Assembly (NCBI GenBank): GCA_002420005.1
Contig: DIHE01000157.1
Location: 18,296 to 82,295, forward strand
From: Holophagales bacterium UBA5704
GTDB lineage: Bacteria > Acidobacteriota > Thermoanaerobaculia > Multivoradales > UBA5704
Direction: 5' to 3'
Length of the DNA stretch: 64,000 nt
In this document: in pieces, positions 33,638-43,089 of the stretch
Numbering within the stretch: position 1 is the stretch's first letter
How the letters are laid out: each line of letters opens with the position of its first letter
Program-made: the position numbers and the translations under genes
Notes under the pieces: generated by a model
The model's input: the letters and a program-made list of their open reading frames with translations, nothing else
The model's database searches: none
Told to the model about the DNA's origin: nothing

Positions 33638-34695
33638 GCGAGCGGATCGAGCGCCTGATGCGGCGCCTGCGCCGTCTCTTCCTGGCCCTGCTCGTCTGCG
33701 CCGTCGCCGGTGAGGTGGCGGTGCGGATCCGAGACGCAGCTCTGGGCGGCACGGGCTCGCTCTACGACCATGTCGCCCCCGCGGGCTCCCGCTTCAAGAT
33801 GCGCCCGGGGGTCTCCGTGGTGGTGCCCGAGCGGTATGGCGACATCCGCTATCGCTTCAACCGGGCCGGCTACCGCGACGGCGAGCCGCAGCCGGGGCGC
33901 CGCATCGTCGTCCTCGGCGACTCGGTGAGCTTCGGCCTGGGGGTGGCCCAGGAGTCCATCTGGCCGGAGGTCCTCGAACGCAGCCTGGAGAGCGGCGGGC
34001 TCGTCCCCTCCCGGGTCGACAATCTCGCGATCTGGGCCTACCACACGGCGAACGAAGCCGACGCCCTGCGCGAGGACGGTCTCGCCCTGCGCCCCGACGT
34101 GGTTCTTCTCCAGTTTTACATGAACGATTTCTCCATTCCGCCGCCCGCCGTGCCCGGTACGCCGCCGGTGCCACCGTCTCTCGGGCAGCGCCTCACCGCT
34201 CTCAAGAACCGCGTGCTCTACAGCTCCGCCCTGTACCGCCGGCTTCACCAGGCGGGAGCCGGGCTCGCCTACGCGCTTTCTCACGACCTGCGGCGGCGGC
34301 GTTTCCCCGGCACCCTCAACGACGCCGAGCCGCGGGGGCAGAGCGCCATGCTGCGGGCCACCCCGGACGACGGGGACGTGGCGGCCTTCCGCGCGATCCG
34401 CGCGATCCGCGACCTCGCCCGGGACCGGGGCGCCCGCTTCCTCCTGATCCTGTCCCCGGATGAGACCCAGCTCTTCTCCGCCCGTTTCGACGCGATCAAC
34501 CGGCGGATCGCGGCGTTCTGCCGGCGCGAGGAGATCGCCCTGTTCGATCCCCTGCCGGTCTACCGCGCCTCGCCCGAGCGGCTGGATCTCTATTACGACG
34601 GCGTCCACTACAGCCCGCAAGGACATGCGCTCCTGGCGCGCCTCGTCGCGGCCGAGCTGCGGCGGCTCGGCTTCGTCCGCAAGGAGGAAGCATGA
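33634..34695 (+). CDS. SGNH/GDSL-like hydrolase-fold protein with N-terminal membrane anchor
   Basis: GTG start overlaps the upstream stop by 4 nt. Block I RIVVLGDSVSFGLG and block V DGVHYSPQGH. Confidence 0.65.
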   Translation: MSERIERLMRRLRRLFLALLVCAVAGEVAVRIRDAALGGTGSLYDHVAPAGSRFKMRPGVSVVVPERYGDIRYRFNRAGYRDGEPQPGRRIVVLGDSVSFGLGVAQESIWPEVLERSLESGGLVPSRVDNLAIWAYHTANEADALREDGLALRPDVVLLQFYMNDFSIPPPAVPGTPPVPPSLGQRLTALKNRVLYSSALYRRLHQAGAGLAYALSHDLRRRRFPGTLNDAEPRGQSAMLRATPDDGDVAAFRAIRAIRDLARDRGARFLLILSPDETQLFSARFDAINRRIAAFCRREEIALFDPLPVYRASPERLDLYYDGVHYSPQGHALLARLVAAELRRLGFVRKEEA

Positions 34696-35465
34696 TCCGC
34701 CCGTGGATCGAGAAGCTGAGCCGCGACCGGGTGGTGCGGCGCCGCCTGCCCGCAGAGGCCGGGGGCCACGCCCTTTTCGTCTCGCCCGATGCGGCCCTCA
34801 AGCTCTGGCGCCGCGACCTGCGCCAGGCCGATCCCGAGCTGTTCGACCTCGCCCGGGAGCTCGTCCAGCCGGGAGACACGGTGTGGGACGTGGGAGCCAA
34901 CGTCGGCCTCTTCGCCTTCGCCGCCGCGTTCGCCGCCGGAGCGTCCGGCCGTGTGCTGGCCGTCGAGGTGGACGACTGGCTGGCCGGCCTGTTGCGGCGC
35001 TCCGCCCAGACCGCCCCTCCGGCCTACGCTCCGGTGGCGGTGCTCGCCGCCGCGGTGGCCGACCGTTCTGCGATCGTCGAGCTGCACATCGCGAGCCGCG
35101 GCCGGGCCGGCAACCATCTGGCCGACGTGTCGGGCTCCACGCAGACCGGAGGCCACCGCGAGACCCGTCCCGTCGTCGCCGTCACCCTGGATGGTTTGCT
35201 GGACGCCTTCCCTCCACCCCGCCTGCTCAAGATCGACGTGGAGGGAGCCGAAGCGCTCTGCCTGCGCGGCGCCGGGCGCCTGCTCGCCGAGATCCGGCCG
35301 ACCCTCCTCTGCGAGGTGACCGCGGAGAACACCGCCGCGGTGGGAGAGATCCTCCACCGGCACGCCTATACCCTCTACGATGCCGCGCAGCCCGGCGCGC
35401 GCCGCCAACCCATCGACCGCCCGGTCTGGAACACCCTCGCCCGGCCGGAAGGGGCGCCGTCATGA
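34692..35465 (+). CDS. FkbM-family methyltransferase
   Basis: VWDVGANVGLFAFAAA...LLKIDVEGAEALCLRGA. 4 nt overlap with the upstream gene. Confidence 0.8.
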   Translation: MIRPWIEKLSRDRVVRRRLPAEAGGHALFVSPDAALKLWRRDLRQADPELFDLARELVQPGDTVWDVGANVGLFAFAAAFAAGASGRVLAVEVDDWLAGLLRRSAQTAPPAYAPVAVLAAAVADRSAIVELHIASRGRAGNHLADVSGSTQTGGHRETRPVVAVTLDGLLDAFPPPRLLKIDVEGAEALCLRGAGRLLAEIRPTLLCEVTAENTAAVGEILHRHAYTLYDAAQPGARRQPIDRPVWNTLARPEGAPS

Positions 35466-36550
35466 GGGTGCTCCTGGTGAGCCATCCGCCTCTCACCGCA
35501 ACCCTGGGCGCCGCCCAGATCGCGCTGCACCTCGCCGCCGGCCTGCGCGAGCTGGGCCACGATGCGGTCGCCCTGTCCCCCGCACCGCTGCCGCCCGGCC
35601 CGCACTGGTTTTCCTGGCTGCAGCAGCGCCGGGTCCTGGATCGCCTGGTCGCGGAGCAGGGTCCTTTCGACGTGATCGACACGCCGGCCATCTCGGCGAC
35701 CCCGGCGCTGGCCCGCGCCGGACGGCTGGTGGTGCGCAGCATTCAACCCGAGCTGTGCTACCTGCGCGACGACATCCTGGGGGAGCTGCGGCGGCGGCCG
35801 GTCCCCTCGCCGCGCGCGCTGGCCCATGCCACGCTGGCGGCCCCGCGGGCGGGCGCGATTCTCGCCGGCTGGCGGCGGGCCCGGAAGATCCTCTGCCTGG
35901 GCAGCCGGGAGCAGGCATGGATGCGCCGCCGCTTCCCCTCCTGGGCCGCCAAGACCGGGTTTTACGTCTGCGCTCCGGCGCAGGAGGAGCGGCCCGCCCT
36001 GGCCGCGGTGCGGCGCCGGCGGCCGGAGCAGCCGCCCGGCCCGGGTCTCCGCTTCCTCTGGCTCGGCCGCTGGGCCGGCCACAAGGGAACCGGCCGGCTG
36101 CTGCGCTTTCTGGCCGAGCGCCTCGCGGCCCACCCCGACGACGTCTGCACCGTGGCCGGATGCGGGCCGGCCGCCGAGCGCGCGCTGCCGGCCGCGTGGC
36201 TGCGCGCGGGACGGGTCCGCCTGATCCCCTCCTACGCCCGCGCCGAGCTGCCCGCGCTGCTCGCCGCGCACGACGCCGGGCTGTTCACCAGCACCGTGGA
36301 AGGGTGGGGGCTGTCGCTCAACGAGATGCTCGAATCCGGGCTCCCCGTCTTCGCCACCCCGGCCGGCGCGGTGGACGACCTGCGGCCGTACTTTCCCGCC
36401 TCCCTGCGGCCCTTCCCGCCGCCCGCCCGCATCGAGCCGGCGCCACGCGAGGACCTGGAGGCGAACGGCTACTTCGCACGCTTCGCGTGGAGCGCCATCG
36501 CCCGCGACTACGAGCGCCAGGCCCTGGCCCCCGGTGGAGGACCGCCGTGA
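35462..36550 (+). CDS. Glycosyltransferase (GT4-like)
   Basis: Internal ATG at 35462 (MRVLLVSHPP) overlaps the upstream TGA. E-x7-E region STVEGWGLSLNEMLESGLPVFAT. Confidence 0.7.
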   Translation: MRVLLVSHPPLTATLGAAQIALHLAAGLRELGHDAVALSPAPLPPGPHWFSWLQQRRVLDRLVAEQGPFDVIDTPAISATPALARAGRLVVRSIQPELCYLRDDILGELRRRPVPSPRALAHATLAAPRAGAILAGWRRARKILCLGSREQAWMRRRFPSWAAKTGFYVCAPAQEERPALAAVRRRRPEQPPGPGLRFLWLGRWAGHKGTGRLLRFLAERLAAHPDDVCTVAGCGPAAERALPAAWLRAGRVRLIPSYARAELPALLAAHDAGLFTSTVEGWGLSLNEMLESGLPVFATPAGAVDDLRPYFPASLRPFPPPARIEPAPREDLEANGYFARFAWSAIARDYERQALAPGGGPP

Positions 36551-37452
36551 GCCCCGCCTCGCCTCCGCCGGGAGCCTGGAGCGGCCGGCTGCGCGCCGCG
36601 CTCTGGCGCTTCCACACCCTCGCGCTCGCCCACCGGATCTTCGACGGCTTGCCGGTGCCGACCGTGCTCTCCCGCCCGTTCTGCGGCCGGAGGCTCTGGG
36701 TCGACGTGGCGCGGGCCAATCCGCAACGCCTCCTCTGGCTCGAAGGGGAACGTTTCGTGGCGGAGCGCCGGCTGCTGCGCCGCTTCCTGCGCACCGGCTG
36801 GAACGTGGCCGACGTCGGCGCCAACATCGGCTACTGTGCCCTCCTCTTCGCCGAAGCGGTGGGGCCGGCCGGCCGCATCGCCTGCATCGAGCCCGAACCG
36901 GACAACCTCGCCGAGCTGCAGCGCAACGTGGCGGAGAACCGGCTCACGCAGGTGGACGTCTTCCCGGTGGCGGCGGGCGCCGCCTCCGGGACGGTCTCGC
37001 TGCGCACCGGCCTCAACGGCACGGTGGCCGCCGACGGCTGCGGCGAGGTCCGGGTCCCCCTCCGGACCCTGGACGAGCTCCTGGCCGGCCGGCCGCCGGA
37101 TTTCGTCAAGATCGACGTCGAGGGGTACGAGGGGCACGTCCTCGACGGCGCCACCCGGATCCTCCACGAGCACCGCCCCACGCTCTTCCTGGAAATCCAC
37201 CCCGGCTTCCTGGCGCCGCCGCATACCGTGGACGGGCTCCTCGGCCGGCTGGAGGCGCTCTATCCCCACGTCGAGCTGTGGGAGATCGCGCCGCAGGCCA
37301 CCCTCGCGCAGAAGATCGCGGCGCGCTACCTGGGCGCCGGCGCCTGCCGGGTGCGCGACCGCCAAGCGCTCCTCGCCGCCTGCCGGGCCGGCCGGCGGGA
37401 GGAGCCGTTCTGGGCGGTGGCACCGTCGCCGCGAAAAGGGCGGGACGCATGA
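36547..37452 (+). CDS. FkbM-family methyltransferase
   Basis: GTG at 36547 overlaps the upstream TGA. VADVGANIGYCALLFA...FVKIDVEGYEGHVLDGA. Confidence 0.8.
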   Translation: MSPASPPPGAWSGRLRAALWRFHTLALAHRIFDGLPVPTVLSRPFCGRRLWVDVARANPQRLLWLEGERFVAERRLLRRFLRTGWNVADVGANIGYCALLFAEAVGPAGRIACIEPEPDNLAELQRNVAENRLTQVDVFPVAAGAASGTVSLRTGLNGTVAADGCGEVRVPLRTLDELLAGRPPDFVKIDVEGYEGHVLDGATRILHEHRPTLFLEIHPGFLAPPHTVDGLLGRLEALYPHVELWEIAPQATLAQKIAARYLGAGACRVRDRQALLAACRAGRREEPFWAVAPSPRKGRDA

Positions 37453-38588
37453 AGCTCCTGCGCCCCCTGCGCGCCCTGCGTGCCCTCCCCCGGCGGGCCG
37501 GCGCCGCGCTCCTGGAACGAGAGGTGCGCCGCGCCGCCGCCCGGGCACCGGCCCTCTCCGGGCCCCCGGAGGAACCGCGCTCGCTCTTCGTGCTGCGCAA
37601 CAACGACCTGGGGGATCTCCTGGTGGTCACCCCCTTGTTCGAAGCGCTCCGCCGGCGGTTCCCCGCGGCGTCCATCGCCGCCGGCGTGGGCGACTGGAGC
37701 CGCGACGTGCTGCGCCACAACCCCTGGATCTCCGAGGTTCTGCCGGTCAACGCCCCCTGGTTCAACAAGTACACGGCGGGGGCCGGGCCGCTCGGCCGCC
37801 GGGCCTATCTGCGCCGTTCTCCGGAGGTGCAGGAGGTGGCGCGCCGCCGCTTCGAGGTGGGGATCGACGTTCTGGGGAGCGCCTGGGGAGCCCTCTTCCT
37901 GCTGCAGGCGGGCATTCCCTGGCGCCTGGGGATCCGCGGCTACGCCGGCGGCTGCTCCGGCGCCCAGGCGACCGTCCCCTTCGATCCCGCCGAGCACGTG
38001 GGACGCACCGCCCTGCGCTTCGCCGAGCTGCTCGGCGCGACCGATCTCCCGGCGGTTCGGCCGCAGCTCTTCCTGTCTCCCGAGGAGGCACAGGCGGGCG
38101 AGCGCTGGTGGGCGGACGCGGAGCCGGGCGGACGCCGGCCGCGCCTGGTGATCGGCCCGGGGGCGGGGCTCCCCGGCAAACGCTGGCCCCTCGACCGCTT
38201 CGCGGACCTGCTCCGCGGCCTGGCGGGCGCCGGACACCGGGCGGACCTCCAGATCCTCGTCCTCGCCGGCCGTGGCGAAGAAGACCTCGTGCGTGCCCTC
38301 GCGCCCCTCCACCCGGGGGTGCGCACGTTCGCCGAGCCGCCGGACCTGCGCACCAACTTCGCGCTGGTCGCCGCCTGCGACGCCGTGGTCTGCCATTCGA
38401 GCCTGCTGCTGCACGTGTCCGCCGCCTTCGCCCGGCCGGCCTTGACCCTCCTCGGGCCGTCCTTTCCGTCCGCATCCCGGCATCAGGCACAGTGGGGGTA
38501 TCCCGGGCTCAGCCGCAGCCTGTCCCTCCCCTCCCCCGCGGCGGTCCTGAGCCTGCTCCAGGAGGAGCTCGCCCGATGCGCGCCCTGA
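37449..38588 (+). CDS. Glycosyltransferase family 9 (heptosyltransferase-like)
   Basis: ATG at 37449 overlaps the upstream TGA. LFVLRNNDLGDLLVVTPLFEALRRRFP...GKRWPLDRFADL...AACDAVVCHSSLLLHVSAA. Confidence 0.7.
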   Translation: MKLLRPLRALRALPRRAGAALLEREVRRAAARAPALSGPPEEPRSLFVLRNNDLGDLLVVTPLFEALRRRFPAASIAAGVGDWSRDVLRHNPWISEVLPVNAPWFNKYTAGAGPLGRRAYLRRSPEVQEVARRRFEVGIDVLGSAWGALFLLQAGIPWRLGIRGYAGGCSGAQATVPFDPAEHVGRTALRFAELLGATDLPAVRPQLFLSPEEAQAGERWWADAEPGGRRPRLVIGPGAGLPGKRWPLDRFADLLRGLAGAGHRADLQILVLAGRGEEDLVRALAPLHPGVRTFAEPPDLRTNFALVAACDAVVCHSSLLLHVSAAFARPALTLLGPSFPSASRHQAQWGYPGLSRSLSLPSPAAVLSLLQEELARCAP

Positions 38589-40093
38589 AGCGATCCCCCG
38601 TTCTCTGGCTCGCCCTCGGCCTCTGGCTGACCTACCTGTGGACCTCGTCCGGAGGCCTGGAGACGAGCGATGCCGTGCTGCGCTACCTGACCGCCCGGTC
38701 GTGGATCGAAGGGCACGGCGGCGTCCTGGCCGCCGAGCTCGGCTGGAACGGCGGCGCCGTCCTCCCCGACGGGAGGGTGTACGCCTTTTTCGGCCCGCTC
38801 CAGTCGGTGCTCATGGTGCCGTTCCTGCTCGCCGCCCGAGCCCTGCCCGCGCCGGGCATGGACACCGGCGTCGTCGAGACCTTCGCCATCTGCCTCGGCC
38901 TCTTCCCGCTCCTCTCGGCCGGCGTGATCGCCCTGCTCTACCGGTCCCTGGGCCATCTCGGGGTGGCTCCGCGCGTCCGCCTCCTCACCTGCCTCGGCAT
39001 CGGACTGGGCAGCCTGTTCTGGCACTATGCCCGGATGGGCCAGGAAGAGAGCCTGGTGGCCTTCGGCTTCGCCCTCTGGCTCCTCGGCGCCACCCGCCTG
39101 ATCGCCGGCCTCCGCTCGCCCGCGCTGCTGATGGCCGCGGGCGCCGCGATTCCGCTCGCCACCCGCTGGGCGGCGGCGCCCCAGCTCGCCGTTCTCTGCG
39201 CCGCGACGCTCGTCCTGCTCTGGCGCCACCGCCGGCAGGTGTCGTTCCGCGATGTGGCCGCCGGGGCCGCCCTGGTGGCCGGTGTGGCCTCCCTGGTCCT
39301 GCTCTACAACCACGCCCGCTTCGGCGATCCGCTGCAGACCGGCTACCCGATCTGGTACGCCCACCAGGGCTATTCCATGTTCACCTTCGACAACTACGGC
39401 CGGCACTTCGCAGCCCTCCTGGCCAGCCCGTACCGCGGCCTGCTCTTCTATTCACCCATCGCCGTGGCGGCCCTCGCCGGGTGCTTTCTCCTGCGCACCT
39501 CCGACGAACGCCTGCTGGGCTTCGCGGCGGCCGGAGTGCTGGTGGCCACGCTCCTGTTCATCGCCGCCTTCCGCTTCTGGGCCGGCGGCCATTCCTGGGG
39601 GCCCCGCTTCCTCACCGCGCCCCAGGTCCTGCTGGCCCCCGCGCTCGCCGCCCTCATCGCCCGGGCGCCGCGGCGCGCCGCCTGGGCGGTGGCCCTCTGC
39701 GCCTCCCTGCAGATCTTCTCCACCGTGCTCCCTGCGTCCACCGAGGAATACGTGTGGTTCAACATCGATCGCTCCCAGCCCGGAGCCTGCAACGAATGGA
39801 GCTTCGCATGCACCGCGGTCCCTTCGCGCATCCCGCGCGGTCTCGCCGCCTTGGCGAACACCGCCGCCAACCGGCCCGGCGTGGCCCTGTCCGACCGCGC
39901 CCTCGTGGCGCCGGAGGTGGTCCTCGCCACCTCGGACTACCGCACCCTCTACTGGTGGCCGGTGCGGATCGCCTTCCGGCTCGGCCGTTTCCCCGCCTGG
40001 CTCGCCCTGCTCGCCTGCGCCGCCGGTCTCGCCGCCGCTGCGGCCTGCCTGGCGCGCGCCTGGCGGCTCTGCGGTGCAGAAGAAGCGAGGTGA
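38576..40093 (+). CDS. Polytopic membrane protein, GT-C-like (ArnT/PMT-type glycosyltransferase candidate)
   Basis: 505 aa with roughly 10 or more hydrophobic segments. An acidic first loop (SGGLETSDAV) follows TM1, as in GT-C enzymes. Overlaps the upstream gene by 13 nt. The family assignment is by architecture only. Confidence 0.55.
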   Translation: MRALKRSPVLWLALGLWLTYLWTSSGGLETSDAVLRYLTARSWIEGHGGVLAAELGWNGGAVLPDGRVYAFFGPLQSVLMVPFLLAARALPAPGMDTGVVETFAICLGLFPLLSAGVIALLYRSLGHLGVAPRVRLLTCLGIGLGSLFWHYARMGQEESLVAFGFALWLLGATRLIAGLRSPALLMAAGAAIPLATRWAAAPQLAVLCAATLVLLWRHRRQVSFRDVAAGAALVAGVASLVLLYNHARFGDPLQTGYPIWYAHQGYSMFTFDNYGRHFAALLASPYRGLLFYSPIAVAALAGCFLLRTSDERLLGFAAAGVLVATLLFIAAFRFWAGGHSWGPRFLTAPQVLLAPALAALIARAPRRAAWAVALCASLQIFSTVLPASTEEYVWFNIDRSQPGACNEWSFACTAVPSRIPRGLAALANTAANRPGVALSDRALVAPEVVLATSDYRTLYWWPVRIAFRLGRFPAWLALLACAAGLAAAAACLARAWRLCGAEEAR

Positions 40094-40097
40094 CGCC

Positions 40098-41114
40098 ATG
40101 ATCCGTATCGCCATCCTCGGCGCGGGCCATTGGGGCCCGAACCTCATCCGCAACTTCCATACCCACCAGGCGAGCGAGGTCGTCTGGGTGATCGACCGCG
40201 ACCCCGGACGCCTGGAGCTCGCCCGCTCCCGCTACCCCGACGTGCGCGTCGGGGCCGACCCGGCGGCGGCGTTCGACGATCCCGCGGTCGATGCGGTGGT
40301 CCTCGCCACGCCGACGGTGACCCACCACCCGCTCGCCGCCGCGGCGCTGCGCGCCGGCAAGCACGTCCTGGTCGAGAAGCCTCTCGCCACCCGCACCGAG
40401 GAGGCCGAGGAGCTCTGTGCCCTCGCCGACCGGCTCGGACGCATCCTCATGGTGGGGCATGTGTTCCTGTTCAACGGCGCCGTCCGGCAGATCAAGGAAG
40501 ACCTCGACGCCGAGCGCGTCGGCAAGGTCTTCTACCTCTCCATGCTGCGCACCAACCTGGGCCCCATCCGCAGCGACGTCAACGCCGCCTGGGACCTGGC
40601 GGCGCACGACGTGGCGATCGCCAACTACTGGCTGGGCGGCCCGCCGCTCGCCGCCGCGGCCCAGGGAGGCTCCTGGATCAACCCCGGCATCGAAGATGCC
40701 GTCTTCGCCAACCTCTGGTATCCAAACGGGGTGATGGCTCACCTTCACGTCTCCTGGCTGAGCCCGCGCAAGGTGCGCGACATCACCCTCGTCGGGGAGA
40801 AAGGCATGTTGACCTTCGACGACATGAATCTGCAAGAACCGGTTCGCCACTATGACAAAGGCGTGAGCGAAAAGCGCTCGGCGGGCTTCGTGGACACCTT
40901 CGCCTTGTTCCGCACCAGCATCCGCGAAGGCGCGGTGACGATCCCCCGGGTGTCGACCGGCGAGCCGCTCAAAGCCGAGTGCGACCATTTTCTCGACTGC
41001 ATCCACCGCGGCGTCCGTCCCCTGGCCGATGGGCGCAGCGGCCTCGACGCCGTCCGCGTCCTCGCCGCCCTCGACCGTTCGCTGCACGAAGAAGGCCGCA
41101 GGGTGGACGTATGA
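40098..41114 (+). CDS. Gfo/Idh/MocA-family NAD-dependent sugar oxidoreductase
   Basis: MIRIAILGAGHWGPN...VLVEKPLA...MVGHVF; 338 aa. Confidence 0.88.
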   Translation: MIRIAILGAGHWGPNLIRNFHTHQASEVVWVIDRDPGRLELARSRYPDVRVGADPAAAFDDPAVDAVVLATPTVTHHPLAAAALRAGKHVLVEKPLATRTEEAEELCALADRLGRILMVGHVFLFNGAVRQIKEDLDAERVGKVFYLSMLRTNLGPIRSDVNAAWDLAAHDVAIANYWLGGPPLAAAAQGGSWINPGIEDAVFANLWYPNGVMAHLHVSWLSPRKVRDITLVGEKGMLTFDDMNLQEPVRHYDKGVSEKRSAGFVDTFALFRTSIREGAVTIPRVSTGEPLKAECDHFLDCIHRGVRPLADGRSGLDAVRVLAALDRSLHEEGRRVDV

Positions 41115-42223
41115 GCGCCGCCCCGGCTGCGATTCCCCTGGTCGACCTCAAGGCGCAGCACGCCGAGATCGCCGAGGAGGTGGCGCGCGGCATGGCCCGG
41201 GTGATGGACGAGACCTCGTTCATCCTCGGTCCCGCCGTCCGCGCGTTCGAAGAAGCCTTCGCCCGCTTCTGCCAGGTTCCCCACTGCATCGGTGTGGGCA
41301 ACGGCACCGACGCGCTCGAATTCATCGTCCGCGCCGCGGGCCTCGGCCCGGGCGACGAGGTGCTCGTCCCGGCCAACACCTTCATCGCCACGGCGCTCGG
41401 GGTGCTGCGGGCCGGCCCGTCACCGGTGCTGGTGGATTGCGACGCCTGGCACCTGATGGACCCGGAACGGATCGAGGCGAAGATCGGGCCGCGCACGCGG
41501 GCGATCCTGCCGGTCCACCTCTACGGCCAGCTCGCCGACATGGAGGCGATCGGCGCGCTCGCCGCGGCGCACGGCCTGCTGCTGCTGGAAGATGCGGCCC
41601 AGTGCCAGGGAGCGCGCCGCCACGGCCGCCCGGCCGGCACCTTCGGCGCCGCCGCGGCCACCAGCTTCTACCCCGGCAAGAACCTGGGAGCCTACGGCGA
41701 CGCCGGAGCCGTGCTCACCACCTCGGACGATCTCGCCGCCCGCGTTCGCAAGCTGCGCAACTGGGGCAGCGAGCAGAAGTACCACCACCCCGAGATCGGC
41801 TTCAACTCCCGGCTCGACACCCTCCAGGCCGTGGTCCTCTCCGCCAAGCTCGCCCGCCTCGACGCCTGGAATGAAGCGCGCCGCCGGGCCGCCGCGCGCT
41901 ACGACGAGCTGCTGGCGGACGTGCCCGGTGTCGAGACCCCGGGCACCCTCCCCGGCAACGAGCACGTCTGGCACCTCTACGTGGTGCGGGTCCCCCGCCG
42001 CGACGCCGTCCTGGAGCGGCTCCAGGCGGCGGGGATCGGAGCGGGCATCCATTATCCCGTGCCGCTGCACCTGCACGGCGCCCTCTCCCATCTCGGCCAC
42101 CGGCGCGGCGACTTCCCCGTCGCCGAGAAAGCCGCGGCGGAGATCCTCTCGCTCCCCATGGACCCACACCTCACCGAAGACCGGCAGGCGCGGGTGGTCG
42201 ACGCGCTGCGGAGAGCGCTATGA
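41111..42223 (+). CDS. DegT/DnrJ/EryC1/StrS-family sugar aminotransferase
   Basis: GVGNGTDALE...SFYPGKNLGAYGDAG (PLP Lys)...FNSRLDTLQA...IHYPVPLH. 4 nt overlap with the upstream gene. Confidence 0.92.
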   Translation: MSAAPAAIPLVDLKAQHAEIAEEVARGMARVMDETSFILGPAVRAFEEAFARFCQVPHCIGVGNGTDALEFIVRAAGLGPGDEVLVPANTFIATALGVLRAGPSPVLVDCDAWHLMDPERIEAKIGPRTRAILPVHLYGQLADMEAIGALAAAHGLLLLEDAAQCQGARRHGRPAGTFGAAAATSFYPGKNLGAYGDAGAVLTTSDDLAARVRKLRNWGSEQKYHHPEIGFNSRLDTLQAVVLSAKLARLDAWNEARRRAAARYDELLADVPGVETPGTLPGNEHVWHLYVVRVPRRDAVLERLQAAGIGAGIHYPVPLHLHGALSHLGHRRGDFPVAEKAAAEILSLPMDPHLTEDRQARVVDALRRAL

Positions 42224-43089
42224 GCCCGTCCGTCCTCTACATGGCCTATGGCGAGATCGGCCGCTTCTGCCTCACCGAGATGCTCGCCGCCGGCTTCGAC
42301 GTCGTCGGGGTGTTCTGCCGCGCCGCCGACCGTGCCGAGCGCGACGACATTCCGTCCGTCTACACCGCAGCCCGGCGCGCCGGGCTGCACGTCTTCGGCG
42401 CCGTCGATCCGAGCGATCCGGCGTTTCTGGAGGAGGCCCGCGGGCTCGCTCCGGACCTCCTCCTGTCGGTCCAGTACGACCGCATCCTGAAACCGCCTCT
42501 CCTCGCCATCCCACGCCACGGCGCGTACAACCTCCACTTCGGGCCGCTGCCGCGCCTGCGCGGCTGCTTCCCCACCAAGTGGGCGATCCTGGAGAACGAG
42601 CCGGGAGGCGTCGCGTTCCATTGCATCGATCCGGGGATCGACACCGGCGACGTGATCGCCCGCTCCCTCGTCGCGCTCGCTCCGGACGAGACCGACCAGA
42701 CCCTCTACGGCAAGCTCGTGGAGGCCGGCAAGGCCCTGTTCCTGCAGCAGCTCGGCTGGATGCACGCCCTCACGCCGCCGCCCGCCCTGCCGCAGGAGGA
42801 GTCCCGGGCGTCCTACCACCCCAAGCAGATCCCCTATGGGGGCATGATCGACTGGAGCCGCGACGCCGCCTGGATCGAGCGCTTCATCCGCGCCTTCACC
42901 TTCCCGCCCTACCCGGCCGCCAAGGCCCTGCTGGAGGGGCGGGAGGTGCAGATCCGCGCCCCCGTGGCCACCGGTCCCGACCTGCCCGGCCTGGCGGCGG
43001 GCGCCGCGCAGCGGCACGGCGACGGCTCGGTCACCATCCAGTGCGGCGCGGGCAGCCTGACCGTGCCGGCCGGCGGAGTCCTCGCGTGA
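42220..43089 (+). CDS. Formyltransferase-fold protein (sugar N-formyltransferase candidate)
   Basis: GAYNLHFGPLPRLRG (N-x-H...R-G formyltransferase core) and IDPGIDTGDVI (catalytic Asp), 289 aa. Translationally coupled to the aminotransferase. Confidence 0.78.
   Translation: MSPSVLYMAYGEIGRFCLTEMLAAGFDVVGVFCRAADRAERDDIPSVYTAARRAGLHVFGAVDPSDPAFLEEARGLAPDLLLSVQYDRILKPPLLAIPRHGAYNLHFGPLPRLRGCFPTKWAILENEPGGVAFHCIDPGIDTGDVIARSLVALAPDETDQTLYGKLVEAGKALFLQQLGWMHALTPPPALPQEESRASYHPKQIPYGGMIDWSRDAAWIERFIRAFTFPPYPAAKALLEGREVQIRAPVATGPDLPGLAAGAAQRHGDGSVTIQCGAGSLTVPAGGVLA

Noticed and set aside
29290-40093. Long N-terminal extensions of glycan-locus ORFs in the track (e.g. 29290, 29985, 31535, 34460, 35380, 36534, 36836, 39252, 40979, 41592, 49582, 50973)
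   Set aside because: The extensions overlap the preceding well-supported genes in other frames and are compositionally non-protein-like. Internal ATG/GTG/TTG starts give 1-13 nt overlaps with upstream stops, and the recognisable N termini begin there.
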